From: Octopus sinensis
Taxonomy: Eukaryota
NCBI RefSeq assembly: GCF_006345805.1
Contig: NW_021823617.1
Coordinates: 1-23,228 of the forward strand
Direction: 5' to 3'
Length of the DNA stretch: 23,228 nucleotides
This document shows positions 1 to 10,920 of the stretch, one piece after another. The position numbers and the translations under genes were made by a program. Position 1 is the stretch's first letter; every line of letters starts with the position of its first letter. The notes beneath the pieces were generated by a model. That model ran no database searches. It worked only from the letters and a program-made list of their open reading frames with translations, and was not told where the DNA came from.

Positions 1-29
1 CCTCTCTTTCTCTATCTACAGATACAAAA

Positions 30-30
30 G

Positions 31-62
<32 letters not shown>

Positions 63-226
63 CTATGTATGTTGTATATATATATAATATATATATTATA
101 TATATATATATACATATCTATTGTATGTATGTAATATATATATATATATATATATTATATAATATATATATATACATACATATATATGCATATTATGTAT
201 AAATTATATATATAATATAAATATAA
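30..226. repeat. Interrupted (TA)n / (TATG)n microsatellite
   Basis: Directly visible dinucleotide and tetranucleotide repeats. Confidence 0.95.
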
Positions 227-338
227 TGCGAGCGAAAGAGGGAAAAGGGGGAGAAAAAGGAAAGAGACATATAGGTAAATGTAATTACATATCACAATGT
301 TACTTACATCTAGTATGAGGAAAAGTATATTGAGTTAC

Positions 339-419
339 CTATTAACCAGGTGTGAGAAATGTACTCAATACATGACGTGCACTTTTTGTTCCTTCGAAAC
401 GGATGCTTCCAAAAGGACC
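339..419 (-). CDS. Weak candidate internal exon (81 nt, phase 1-1; xSFWKHPFRRNKKCTSCIEYISHTWLI)
   Basis: Minus-strand acceptor cattttctag| and donor ag|gtaact; only one of three frames is open across it. No recognisable homology. Confidence 0.2.
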
Positions 420-487
420 CTAGAAAATGTTTCTTGGCTTCAGTATGTTGTTCAGGAAGCGATAAATACATATTTTGAACACACACA

Positions 488-643
488 GGAGTGGCTGTGT
501 GGTAAGTAGCTTGCTAACCAACCACATGGTTCCGGGTTCAGTCCCACTGCGTGGCATCTTGGGCGAGTGTCTTCTACTATAGCCCCGGGCCGACCAATGC
601 CTTGTGAGTGGATTTGGTAGACGGAAACTGAAAGAAGCCTGTC

Positions 644-695
<52 letters not shown>

Positions 696-907
696 TTGTG
701 TGTCTGTGCTTGTTCCCCTAGCATTGCTTGGCAACCGATGCTGGTGTGTTTACGTTGCCGTCACCTAGCGGTTCGGCAAAAAGAGACCGATAGAATAAGT
801 ACTGGGCTTACAAAAAAGAATAAGTCTCGGGGTCGATTTGCTCGACTAAAGGCGGTGCTCCAGCATGGCCGCAGTCAAATGACTGAAACAAGTAAAAGAG
901 TAAAAGA

Positions 908-908
<1 letters not shown>
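488..908 (+). mobile_element. tRNA-derived SINE family A, near full length
   Basis: Pol III A box TGGCTGTGTGG (492-502), B box GGTTCAGTCCC (535-545), CORE-like CATCTTGGGCGAGTGTCTT, internal (TA)n(TG)n, and 3' tail GGCGGTGCTCCAGCATGGCC...GAAACAAGTAAAAGAGTAAAAGAG. Three more copies occur in the window. Confidence 0.9.
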
Positions 909-942
<34 letters not shown>

Positions 943-945
<3 letters not shown>

Positions 946-1176
946 CTTTATTCTTTTATTTGTCTCAGTCATTTGACTGCGGCCATGCAGGAGCACCACC
1001 GTTAGGTGTACAAATCGATCCCAGGACTCATACTTTGTAAGCCTAGTACTTATCCTATCGGTGTCTTTTGCCGAAGCGCTAAGTTACAGTGACATAAGCA
1101 CTCCAAAATCGGTTGCCAAGCTATGGTAAGGGGACAAACTCACACACACACACATACGACGGGCTTCTTTCAGTTT
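943..1176 (-). mobile_element. SINE family A, 5'-truncated copy, tail-to-tail with 488-908
   Basis: Reverse complement aligns to ~625-908 (aaactgaaagaagcccgtcg ... gcagtcaaatgactga). Confidence 0.9.
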
Positions 1177-1268
1177 AAGTACCGGTTGCCTACTGGGTCA
1201 GTCTAATCGACTAGCCCGTCCTAAAAAATTTCGGGCCTTGTGCTTAGAGTAGAAAAGTAAAAGATTAT
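1176..1268 (+). mobile_element. SINE family B 3' fragment
   Basis: TAAGTACCGGTT...CTGGGTCAGTCTAATCGACT matches TAAGTACCAGTT...CTGGGGTCGATGTAATCGACT in the reverse complement of the 15690-15916 copy; the distal tail differs. Confidence 0.75.
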
Positions 1269-1449
1269 TTCATTATAGGTTATTGTTAGTGCGCTGATTA
1301 GAGATCTTTCTTCGGTAACCAGGCGCTGTCTATTTCATTATAGATGTCTCCTTGCAGAGGTAAAGGAGTTTCCTTTTGTAGGTCTTAGTTATGGATTCGC
1401 TATAACAAAACAATACTTCGTTTTCTGTCATGAAAGACACCCCACTTAT

Positions 1450-1595
1450 TAACACGAGCTGCTAAAATTAACAATAAAATATCCCTCCATATTATACCTT
1501 ACTGCCTTAAAAGGACATACTGGACAATGTTGATCGAACACATTGCCACAGAAGAGATGGGATGGTCATGGTTGGTAAATCATTTTGAATCATAA
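1450..1595 (+). mobile_element. Old interspersed repeat family D (probably a SINE 3' half), degenerate
   Basis: ctgctaaa..aaat..cctc..ctgcctt..aaaaggac..tggac..gatggtcatggttg is similar to the reverse complement of 5310-5510 and to 9300-9582. Confidence 0.5.
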
Positions 1596-1838
1596 TCAGA
1601 GAAGGAAAAAAGGGCGCCCTTCGATTATTCTGGCAGTTTTGTGAATTCCGCCGAAGCAACACGGGGACAAGATAGTGGCGTTAAAATAGAGAAAGAATTA
1701 AGTAATATGTATGAATCGTACAGGATGAGCTGATCAGGGATCTGCTGGATCGGAGTCTACTTGGCTTAGGGGTCTCCTACTCTTATCATCATGTGTAAAT
1801 CCTTCCAGGAATCGCATTTAGCCCTTCTTCAGCCCTCA

Positions 1839-2046
1839 GCGGAAAAGTTCCTGACTTTAAAAGTGTCGCGAAAACCCTAGTTGGAGGCCAACCTTCCGAG
1901 TTCTTTTACAGGGCTTAGAAGAACTGAAGGACCGCTATAATAAGTGTGTGAATCTGAGAGTGGAATATGTTGAATAAAATCATAATTATTTGATCCTACT
2001 ACATTTTTTAAACTTAAAACCAGGAACTTTTCGGCATCCACTCGTG
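1839..2046 (+). mobile_element. Non-autonomous mariner derivative (MITE) retaining the transposase C-terminus
   Basis: Inverted termini GCGGAAAAGTTCCTGACTTTAA (1839-1860) and TTAAAACCAGGAACTTTTCGGC..CTCGT (~2014-2045). 1906-1977 reads LQGLEELKDRYNKCVNLRVEYVE*, the typical mariner C-terminal GIxKLxxRWxKCVxxxGxYVE motif. The outer part of the left TIR is missing. Confidence 0.85.
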
Positions 2047-2261
2047 AATATATAATATATATATATATATATCTATAATATATATATATATAATATATTA
2101 TACATGTTTGCGTGTGTATTTGGTCTAGAATATAGATAAAGTGTAATATACATACGTACATAAAAACTTTATCTGAAAAAAAAAATGTTTCGATTTCCTG
2201 GAAAACTAATAATCAAACTAAAAAGATGTTTTGAAAAATTCTTATTTCCATTTATAGCAGC

Positions 2262-2398
2262 GACTTCATCTAAGACTATCTGAAGAAGGAATTTTATTCC
2301 GAAATATTATCAGATTATGGATGACTAAATTACAACAGGTATATAGCCTATTGTCTGAATTATAGTGCATTGTTGTACCATTCAAAACTTTTTATTCT
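2262..2398 (+). mobile_element. Penelope-like pseudo-LTR fragment, copy 1 (diverged direct repeat of 2731-2852)
   Basis: Direct repeat visible in the sequence; contains a hammerhead core at 2280-2311. Confidence 0.6.
2272..2320 (+). ncRNA. Minimal type I hammerhead ribozyme-like motif (stem I degenerate)
   Basis: CUGAAGA (2280-2286), extra A, stem II GGAAU-UUU-AUUCC, GAAA (2301-2304), UAUUA, UC; predicted cleavage after C2311 (AUC triplet). Stem I pairs poorly. Confidence 0.55.
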
Positions 2399-2410
2399 AT
2401 ATATATATAG

Positions 2411-2894
2411 ATATATATTTGTGTTTGTTTATACACACACATATATATATATATATGTGTGTATGCATATGTATGTATATAAGTATGTATATATATATAT
2501 ATACTATATATTATATATATATATATATATATACGCATTATTTATTTACATACATAACATACATACATACATACATACATACATACATACATACATACAT
2601 ACATACATACATACATCATACATACTCAGTCTCAATTTTGTTCTAATTTTATCTTTTCTTTTCCAATATCCCTAAGTTATTATACTAACGCACTGGTCCA
2701 TCATTTAGTCTGGGTACATACAACTTAGTAGACTCCATCTAAGAATTTTATTCCGAAATATTATCAGGCTGTGGACGACTAAATTACAACAGGTATATAG
2801 CCCATAGTTTGTATTATAGTGCATTGTTGTACCATTCAAAACTTTTTATTCTTTACAGACAATACACAATGCTTCAAGCGAACTACAATACTCT

Positions 2895-2937
<43 letters not shown>

Positions 2938-3361
2938 TATAAGGAGAGTATTGTAGTTCGCTTGAAGCATTGTGTATTGTCTGTAAAGAATAAAAAGTTT
3001 TGAATGGTACAAACAATGCACTATAATACAAAACTATGAGCTAGATACCTGTGTAATTTAGTCGTCCACAGCCTGATAATATTTCGGAATAAAATTCTTA
3101 GATGGAGTCTACTAAGTTGTATGTACCCAGACTAAATGATGGACCAGTGCGTTAGTATAAAAACTTAGGGATATTGGAAAAGAAAAGATAAAATTAGAAC
3201 AAAATTGAGACTGAGTATGTATGTATGTATGTGGTATGTATGTATGTAAATAAATAAATGCGTATATATATACATATATATATATATATATACATACTTA
3301 TGCATACACACATATATATATATATATATATGTGTGTGTATAAACAAACACAAATATATAT
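2411..3361. repeat. Long near-perfect palindrome (arms ~2411-2898 and 2941-3361) around a 42-bp (TA)n spacer; PLE-like content
   Basis: ...gcttcaagcgaactacaatactctcctt [TA]n aaggagagtattgtagttcgcttgaagc...; complementarity continues through unique and microsatellite blocks with a few substitutions and indels. Confidence 0.95.
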
Positions 3362-3414
3362 ATGTATATATGCGCATATATAATAGGAGAAAAATGGAAT
3401 TAAAATAATGTAGG

Positions 3415-3648
3415 TTTATATATATATATATGCATGTAAGTGTATATATGTATGTGTATATATATGTATGTATGTGTTTGAGTGCGTACATATATACATG
3501 CATGTATATACGTATATGCACACACACACATACTTGTCTAGAATATAGATAAAGTGTAATATACATATATATATATGTATGTATGTATAGTTATATATAC
3601 ATATGTATATATACGTGTATATATATATATATAATAGTATGCATATAG

Positions 3649-3679
<31 letters not shown>

Positions 3680-3720
3680 TACACTATATATATATATACA
3701 TACAGAATACATACATATAC

Positions 3721-3763
<43 letters not shown>

Positions 3764-3775
3764 GCATATGCATAT
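3415..3775. repeat. (TA)n/(TATG)n/(CA)n compound microsatellite
   Basis: Directly visible. Confidence 0.9.
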
Positions 3776-4200
3776 ACTTAGGTCGAACAGAATGCATTTG
3801 CAGTTGTGATAATGTTTGGGTTATAAAATATCGGCGGGCACACTGTATATGTGGATAGCTATTCGAATGAAAATACACACACACACACCACACACACACA
3901 CACACAAACACCCCCCCTATCTGACTATCTAGCTATGTAACCTATCTCGACATTTATATTTCTATATGCGTAAATAAGGAAAATGCATATACATTTGTGT
4001 GAGTTTTGTGCGTTTGTGACCTGTGTAGGGAATTTGTATGTTACCTGCAGAAAACTTAAGGATTCAAGAAAACACAACACACCTACATTTTTATGAATGT
4101 ATATGAACTTATTTCACATGCTCCTGTGAATACTTTCCTTTCACTCATACACACGACGCACATACAATTGCACACGTATGGATTTCAGCACACACACACA

Positions 4201-4248
<48 letters not shown>

Positions 4249-4764
4249 CATACACATACATATGTGCTTACGTATGTCTGTATACCTATATCGATGCATG
4301 CGTTCTTACAAACTTATAGATACGTATGTGAACACATTTTATATATTATATATCTTATAATGTTTTACATGAAAGACAGTTTAATCTACAACAGAATATT
4401 ATGGTGTTGCAGATGAGTGTAGCGTGTAGCGTGAGTGTAGCTACCTGCCTCCTACACAAAATAACCAGCCCCAACACCATAACCAACATGGACACAATCA
4501 CCAACGCCAAAAACTTCTACCACCCCAAAATCAATCACATGATCAAAAATAACTTCAACAATAACAAAATAGCATATTCCTCTTCTAGGCCAAACATAAT
4601 CAAGGTGACATTAGAATGTTGAACACCGGCAGACTTTCAGCCAGTCAGACAGCCAATCAGACTGACAGACAGACAGACAGATATTCTCCAGTAGACTGAG
4701 AGAAAGCTAGACTGATAGAAAATCAGATCATTAGAGAGACCAAGAGGGGGGGGGATACTGTGTG

Positions 4765-4985
4765 AGAGTGAAAGAAAAAGAGGGAGAGAGAGTTAGTGAA
4801 GCGGGTATGTATTGAATAAATGAGCATGTGAGGCAAATAGAAAGATTAAGAGGTAGAAAGAGAGAGAGAGAGGGTGAGAGAGAAAGAATCAGTATAGAAA
4901 GAGAGGAGGAGAGAGAGTCAGTGATAGAGAGAGGGGGAGAGAGAGAGAGGCATTGATAAAGAGAGATAGAGAGGGAGTGAAAAGC
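4765..4985. repeat. GA-rich polypurine low-complexity tract
   Basis: Directly visible (GA)n runs with interruptions. Confidence 0.85.
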
Positions 4986-5309
4986 AGAAGCGAGTGTTTG
5001 AGAAATTCATGGCTTTGATGAACTAATGAAATATGATAATAGAATTGAAGGTGACTTTCCTAGATGTATGCTGTGAAGGAGACTTTAGCTACAAACTGCA
5101 ACAATGCACCCTCCCCCGCTACCTCGTCTAAATCATCGGCCTCCCACGTATTGTCACTTTGTGTGAGTGAGTGGGCTAGTTTTCATAGGTGCACCTAACC
5201 ATATATAGAACTGGTTTGGCTCTCTTGCATACATTACATAAATAATTTAAACCAGAATCCAACCACATTATGAATTTGCATGGTCTACCTGATACGAAGT
5301 TTGCAAAAT

Positions 5310-5510
5310 TTATAGTTATTATTGTAGTCATGTAACCCCAGGAACACCATCCTGACCAGAAGGCTTAAGATTAAATAATTTCAATCATGGCCGTCTTGGG
5401 CAATCATGATGGCGTTATCCAATGTATCCTTTTATTTAACAAGGCAGATAAACAATGATTTGAGGTCGACAAATTTGGTTGCTATATTTAGCAGTTGATA
5501 AGCAATAGGC
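5310..5510 (-). mobile_element. Repeat family D, degenerate copy
   Basis: Reverse complement ctgctaaatatagcaaccaaat..cctcaaatc..ctgcctt..aaaaggatacattggataa..gacggccatgattg resembles 1450-1595. Confidence 0.5.
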
Positions 5511-5726
5511 AGGATCGCCATTGTTTTATTGTAGTATAGTATGTATAAGGATTCTAAAAATTCGTCTGTGATGGTTTGTGGACAAGAATATGTGTGCTAG
5601 TATTCATAGTGGTGTCACAGTGTTGTAGGAGACATTTGTAAGGGTAGAAATTACTAAGCCATTACTGTTATATATAAAGGATAAAATAGAAAACAAGGAT
5701 TGTTATTCTCTCTTCCCCTCTCCTCT

Positions 5727-5727
<1 letters not shown>

Positions 5728-5768
<41 letters not shown>

Positions 5769-6052
5769 AAGAGAGAGAGAGAGGGAGAGAGAGATCTGTA
5801 TATGTGTGTATATATATAATATACATATACAAATATGAATATGCATACATTTTTGTATATATTTTTCCCTTTATGCATGTATGTACATTTCTCTATATAT
5901 ACATATATGGAGATATATGTATACATACACATACACACGCATACACACACACACATATGCATTTTATATATATAGACGTCTATCTATTCATCCATTTATG
6001 TATGTATGTATGTATGTATGTAAGTATGTATGTATGTATGTATGTATGTATG

Positions 6053-6084
<32 letters not shown>

Positions 6085-6139
6085 CTATCTAATTATCTAT
6101 CTATATACACACATACATACATACATACATAATATATAT

Positions 6140-6182
<43 letters not shown>

Positions 6183-6700
6183 TATATATATATCTTTGTG
6201 AAGATTACTTCCTTTTTTAAATCTAAAGGAGACTTTTTGTAAAGATTATTTTCTAAAAAAATTAAAATATCTTTTATCAGGATGTTACTAAACTTTTTTA
6301 GAAGATTTTTTGTATATGAGCGCTAGTTGTTTTTCTATTTGTCTTATATATATATAAATATATATATTTGAAAGTCTATGAGGACTACATAATACAGTTT
6401 TTCAAGGGTAAAGGTGATTTTGATATTAAAGTTATCTTATGTATGTGCGTGTATGTATGTATATATATATATTATATATATATATAATATATAATATATA
6501 TATATATAATATATATATTATATATATGTATATATATTATATGTGCATATATATATATATTATATATATAATATATATATCTATATATATATATATATAT
6601 ATATACACATCTATATACATATATATGTATATATTCTACATATGAATATATAAATACATATATACATATATCATATAACACACACTATATATATATATAC

Positions 6701-6733
<33 letters not shown>

Positions 6734-6760
6734 CACATATATACATATATGTATTTATAT
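5728..6760. repeat. Compound microsatellite field (TA, GA, TATG, TATC) with short AT-rich spacers
   Basis: Directly visible. Confidence 0.9.
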
Positions 6761-7159
6761 AACCTTTACACTAGACAGGTGGATGATAGGAGATAGATGT
6801 AAGAATGAAAGAAGGTTACTAACATAACTCAGCAATCATATACCTAACGAAAGAAAACCAAATATAATAAAATAAAAAAAACTGTATTATATAAAGAACC
6901 CTCTAAATTAGATATAACACCTATATGATATTATGTAAAATGGCCGAATATATCGTCCCTTTGGTTTCATTTCGTGTATATATTTTAGCCTTCACTACAC
7001 GTTTCAATCGCCTCTTGTTTGTCTATGGGTTTTCTTCTCTTTTATAAACTTTTCGCCTGTTAAATAAAATATCTTCAGAAACGAATGAATATTCAATCTT
7101 GATGCTCACCCCCTCATATTTCTCTCTCCTTCTCTCCCTCTGTATCTCTCTCTAGCCCT

Positions 7160-7341
7160 CACACATATATTCATATATGTACACACATGCACACACGCAC
7201 GCATACACACCAACACACACACTCACACGCACACACACACACATATATACAGATATGTATGTATGTATGAATGCATATATATATATATTATATAGAGAGA
7301 GAGAGAGAGATTTATATTTACATGTATGTATATCTATATAT

Positions 7342-7372
<31 letters not shown>

Positions 7373-7570
7373 GTGATGAAGGCATTATCACTGTTAAAAC
7401 CAGAATAATATGAGGTGTTATCAGGACTTCTATCTTAATAGGTATAATATTAAATATTGGAATAAAAGGTGGGTAAAAATACCGTTTATAAATATATATA
7501 CACACACACACACATTATATATATATATATATATATAATGTTTATGTGTATATGTATACACACATACACA

Positions 7571-7616
<46 letters not shown>

Positions 7617-7744
7617 TAGATAGAAAGATAGATAGATAGATAGATATACAGATATATATATATGTATATATATATATATAATATATACATATATATATAT
7701 ATAGGTATATATACGCACCCAAATATATATGTATATATACACAC

Positions 7745-7785
<41 letters not shown>

Positions 7786-7958
7786 CATATACTATATATA
7801 CGTGTGTGTATATATATTTATGTATATAACGCTACCATATATATGTATATACATTATATAAATCTGTGAATATACCAATAATATTTAAAACAGTTTGACT
7901 CAGTTCCGTGCTGCTTTAATCACGCTCGCACACACTCACACACACGCATACACCACCA

Positions 7959-7994
<36 letters not shown>

Positions 7995-8083
7995 CACACA
8001 AACACACAACACAGGCACAAAAACACACTCACAGACATACATACATTTATACATACGATTGTGTGAGCATACATGCATATATA

Positions 8084-8146
<63 letters not shown>

Positions 8147-8200
8147 TATATACACACGAGCGCACACAAACACACACACACATATATACACACATAAACA
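7160..8200. repeat. Compound microsatellite field (TA, CA, GATA, CT)
   Basis: Directly visible. Confidence 0.9.
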
Positions 8201-8686
8201 TGGAATATGTAATTCTAAAATTAAATGTTTATTTTCAATAATTAATCTCTTTCAGGATACCTTGAATTTTATATATTATAGGCTCACATTGCACCTGTCC
8301 CCCAGCCCTCCTCTATCTCTCCCTGCTATCGCCCCCCCCATCTCTCTCTCATACATACTTAAAAACCTACAGTAGACTCTTTCTTGAAATATATGCGAAT
8401 ACGATTACAAGAATCACGCTACGTCGAGGGGGTGGAATTTGAAAAATATAATATATGATTGTGAAGAAAGAAATAAAGAAAAAAAATATCTAACGTCTCT
8501 TTCCTTACCTTCTTAAAGAAAAAATGCTAGTAGTCAGGTAGGAAATTTATTTTTACCTGACGCCACCTTCATTAAAATTGAGCTTTCAATTGGTTCCGTT
8601 CATAATGGAGTGGGTGTGCCACATTTCATGTTATGAGAACGTCTCAGAAAAGCACAATCCATTTGCTACACGCATCTCCCTACTGC

Positions 8687-8715
8687 TAATAATAATAATA
8701 ATAATAATAATAATG

Positions 8716-8777
<62 letters not shown>

Positions 8778-8881
8778 GATAATAATAATAATAATAATAA
8801 TAATGATAATAACAATAATAACAATAATAATAATAATAATAATAGTAATAACAATAATAGTAATAATAGTAATATATTAAA

Positions 8882-8938
<57 letters not shown>

Positions 8939-9014
8939 CAAATAATAATAATAATATAATATAATAATAATGATAAAATAATAATGATAATAATAATAAT
9001 AGTATAATAATAAT
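8687..9014. repeat. ~330-bp (AAT)n trinucleotide tract
   Basis: Directly visible; source of the poly-I and poly-L ORFs. Confidence 0.97.
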
Positions 9015-9299
9015 TGGGTGTTTCTTTATTTGCTACAAGGGCTATGAATGATAGGGACATTAAAAGGAGACATTTACCAAGAACGGTGGGAGGTTACGCA
9101 TTATCGATTAGGATAAAGAATCGTTAATAATTAATGATTTCTAATTTTGGTATAAGACCACCTATATTTAGGAAGAGGTGGGCGGGGGTGGAGGTGCTGA
9201 GTCGCAGTAGAATTTACCGATATCCCTCCTCTAACTAGGCTTGTGACTAGTGGTAGTCACAAGCCTATGAGGTGGGGTGGGGTGGGGTCAACTCCCACT

Positions 9300-9582
9300 T
9301 TGTTTTCAAAGTCTGCAAGAAAGAGTAGCCAAATTCTTCTAATAAATAATACTCTACTGCTTTAAAAAAAAAATCAAACAAAAAACGACAAAAAAATAAA
9401 CAATAAACAAAAAAGAAAACGATATATTCCATAAATTAGTCCTGGATGTAAAAAGAAAAAGGTGGTGAGTGTCACGGTAGGAATCCCTTTGTTGTCAGTT
9501 TGCTCGAGTGGGGTTAAACTGTGGATATATGACAACTGCAGCAGCAGTAACAACAACAACAACAACAACAACAACAATAACA
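9300..9582 (+). mobile_element. Repeat family D, degenerate copy ending in an (AAC)n tail
   Basis: ctgcaagaaagagtagccaaat..ctactgctttaaaaa..tagtcctggat..gtcacggtaggaatcccttt followed by (AAC)n. Confidence 0.45.
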
Positions 9583-9699
9583 AATACTAATAATTTTCAT
9601 ACTTGGAATTCATGTTCGAGTTTAAGATATTGTACCTAAAATGCTGCAAGAAATCGCAATCATTCTTCTCCCCATCATCCATCTTTTCGAATGAGAATA

Positions 9700-10075
9700 A
9701 GAATTCTAATTTCTTACAAATTTATAGGAGGTTGTCGTCAATTGTATTACCCCTGGCAGATGCCTGGCACTTTATTTTATTGAAGTCAGAAAGATAAGAA
9801 TGTGAAGTCAACCTCGACTTGATTTGATCTCTGATCACAAAGGGTTGGGAATGAATACCACTAGGCATCAGCGCACTAACGTAACTGTAGCAGTAGTTTC
9901 TATCAAAAACATAAAGCTATTTTTGAGGAAAGCGCATGGTCGGTTTTACATGTGGTTTATTTTATCGATCTCTTAAGGACGAAAAATCAAGTTAACCCTA
10001 GCGGAATTGAGTGAAACTAAATACAAAACTAAATACAAGTAGTTTCAGCCGATACTCAACTGATATTTTCATCGG
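9700..10075 (-). mobile_element. Two tandem, highly degenerate SINE family B copies (~9700-9890 and ~9930-10075)
   Basis: ctggcactttattttattga..gaaagataagaatgtgaagtcaacctcg..atttga and tttatttatcgatc..aaggacgaaaaatcaagttaaccctagcggaatt both resemble 15783-15848. Confidence 0.6.
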
Positions 10076-10262
10076 TCTTCATTGATAATAATTTTCTCTC
10101 AGTTTTAGGTGAGAAATATTATCCAATAAATCGACAACAAGGCTTGACCAGTACTTATCCTGTTGCCAGCTAAAGTAAAGTTAATTATAGTTCAGATATA
10201 CGGAAGTGACGCAGCCAACAAACAAACTATGCCATGCAATAGAAGTACATCTTTTATATATA

Positions 10263-10651
10263 CTCGCAGTATCGCCCGGCGTTGTTCGGGTTTGTTTCGA
10301 CTCTTTAGAATTGGAATTTTTGAAAAGTAAAAAATTGCATTATGTAGCTTGTTATTCTCTTTAAGTGAACATTTTTCTGGTTGAAATACACCGAAAACTG
10401 GCGACACAGCAGTAAAAAAATCGTAAAAAAATAGGGATTTTCATAAAAAAAAAGCACCTTTTTGATGTAAATAATTTTTGGTGTTAACATGGTCCGATTT
10501 TAATTTTTTCTTCTACGGACTGAAGAGCAAGCCTTCTATCATACTCTCAATTTTGGTCAACTTGCGCCGCAGGGTCTCGGAGGAGATAGTGTTAGTTGAA
10601 GGCTACCAAACCTCCCATAAACAGACAACTTCAGCTTTATATGTCGAGAGA
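10263..10651 (-). mobile_element. Non-autonomous Helitron-type element (389 bp)
   Basis: Minus strand starts a|TC and ends CCCGAACAACGCCGGGCGATACTGCGAG|t (subterminal GC hairpin plus a mutated CTAG); same 3' terminus as 21051-21429; no TSD. Confidence 0.75.
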
Positions 10652-10779
10652 TTAATAGCTTTATCACTAGTGAAAATCGAGAACTTTCTCGTCACAAATA
10701 GTGAACTGAGTAGTGATTTGTTAGCCTATATACTTTATTGCATTCGTTTATAGAGATCTCTATAACAGAATGCAATTAA

Positions 10780-10832
10780 ATGCTCGCCTGATGATCCATG
10801 CCGGTTAGGCATCGAAATGCATTTGGAATATC
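10780..10832 (+). ncRNA. Degenerate minimal hammerhead-like motif
   Basis: CUGAUGA (10788-10794), AUGCC-GGUUA-GGCAU stem, GAAA (10814-10817), palindromic UGCA, then UU. Stem I and the base of stem II are mismatched. Confidence 0.4.
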
Positions 10833-10920
10833 CAATACGGAATTCCAAATAGCTGCAATGGTGAAACGAACGTAGAAACTAATGATCTATACCTGTGCTT
10901 ATCTTAATTTTCCTCTCTAT

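Noticed and set aside
4440-4620. Possible mitochondrial insertion (numt)
   Set aside because: The strand skew is suggestive, but I recognise no mitochondrial protein motif and an in-frame TAG remains under the mitochondrial code.
6985-7085. Minus-strand CTGAAGA ... GAAA-CGTG-TA possible hammerhead
   Set aside because: No convincing stem I or stem II pairing.
8533-8561. GTCAGGTA..TACCTGAC hairpin and nearby minus-strand donor sites
   Set aside because: Short hairpin expected by chance; all upstream frames tested contain stops.
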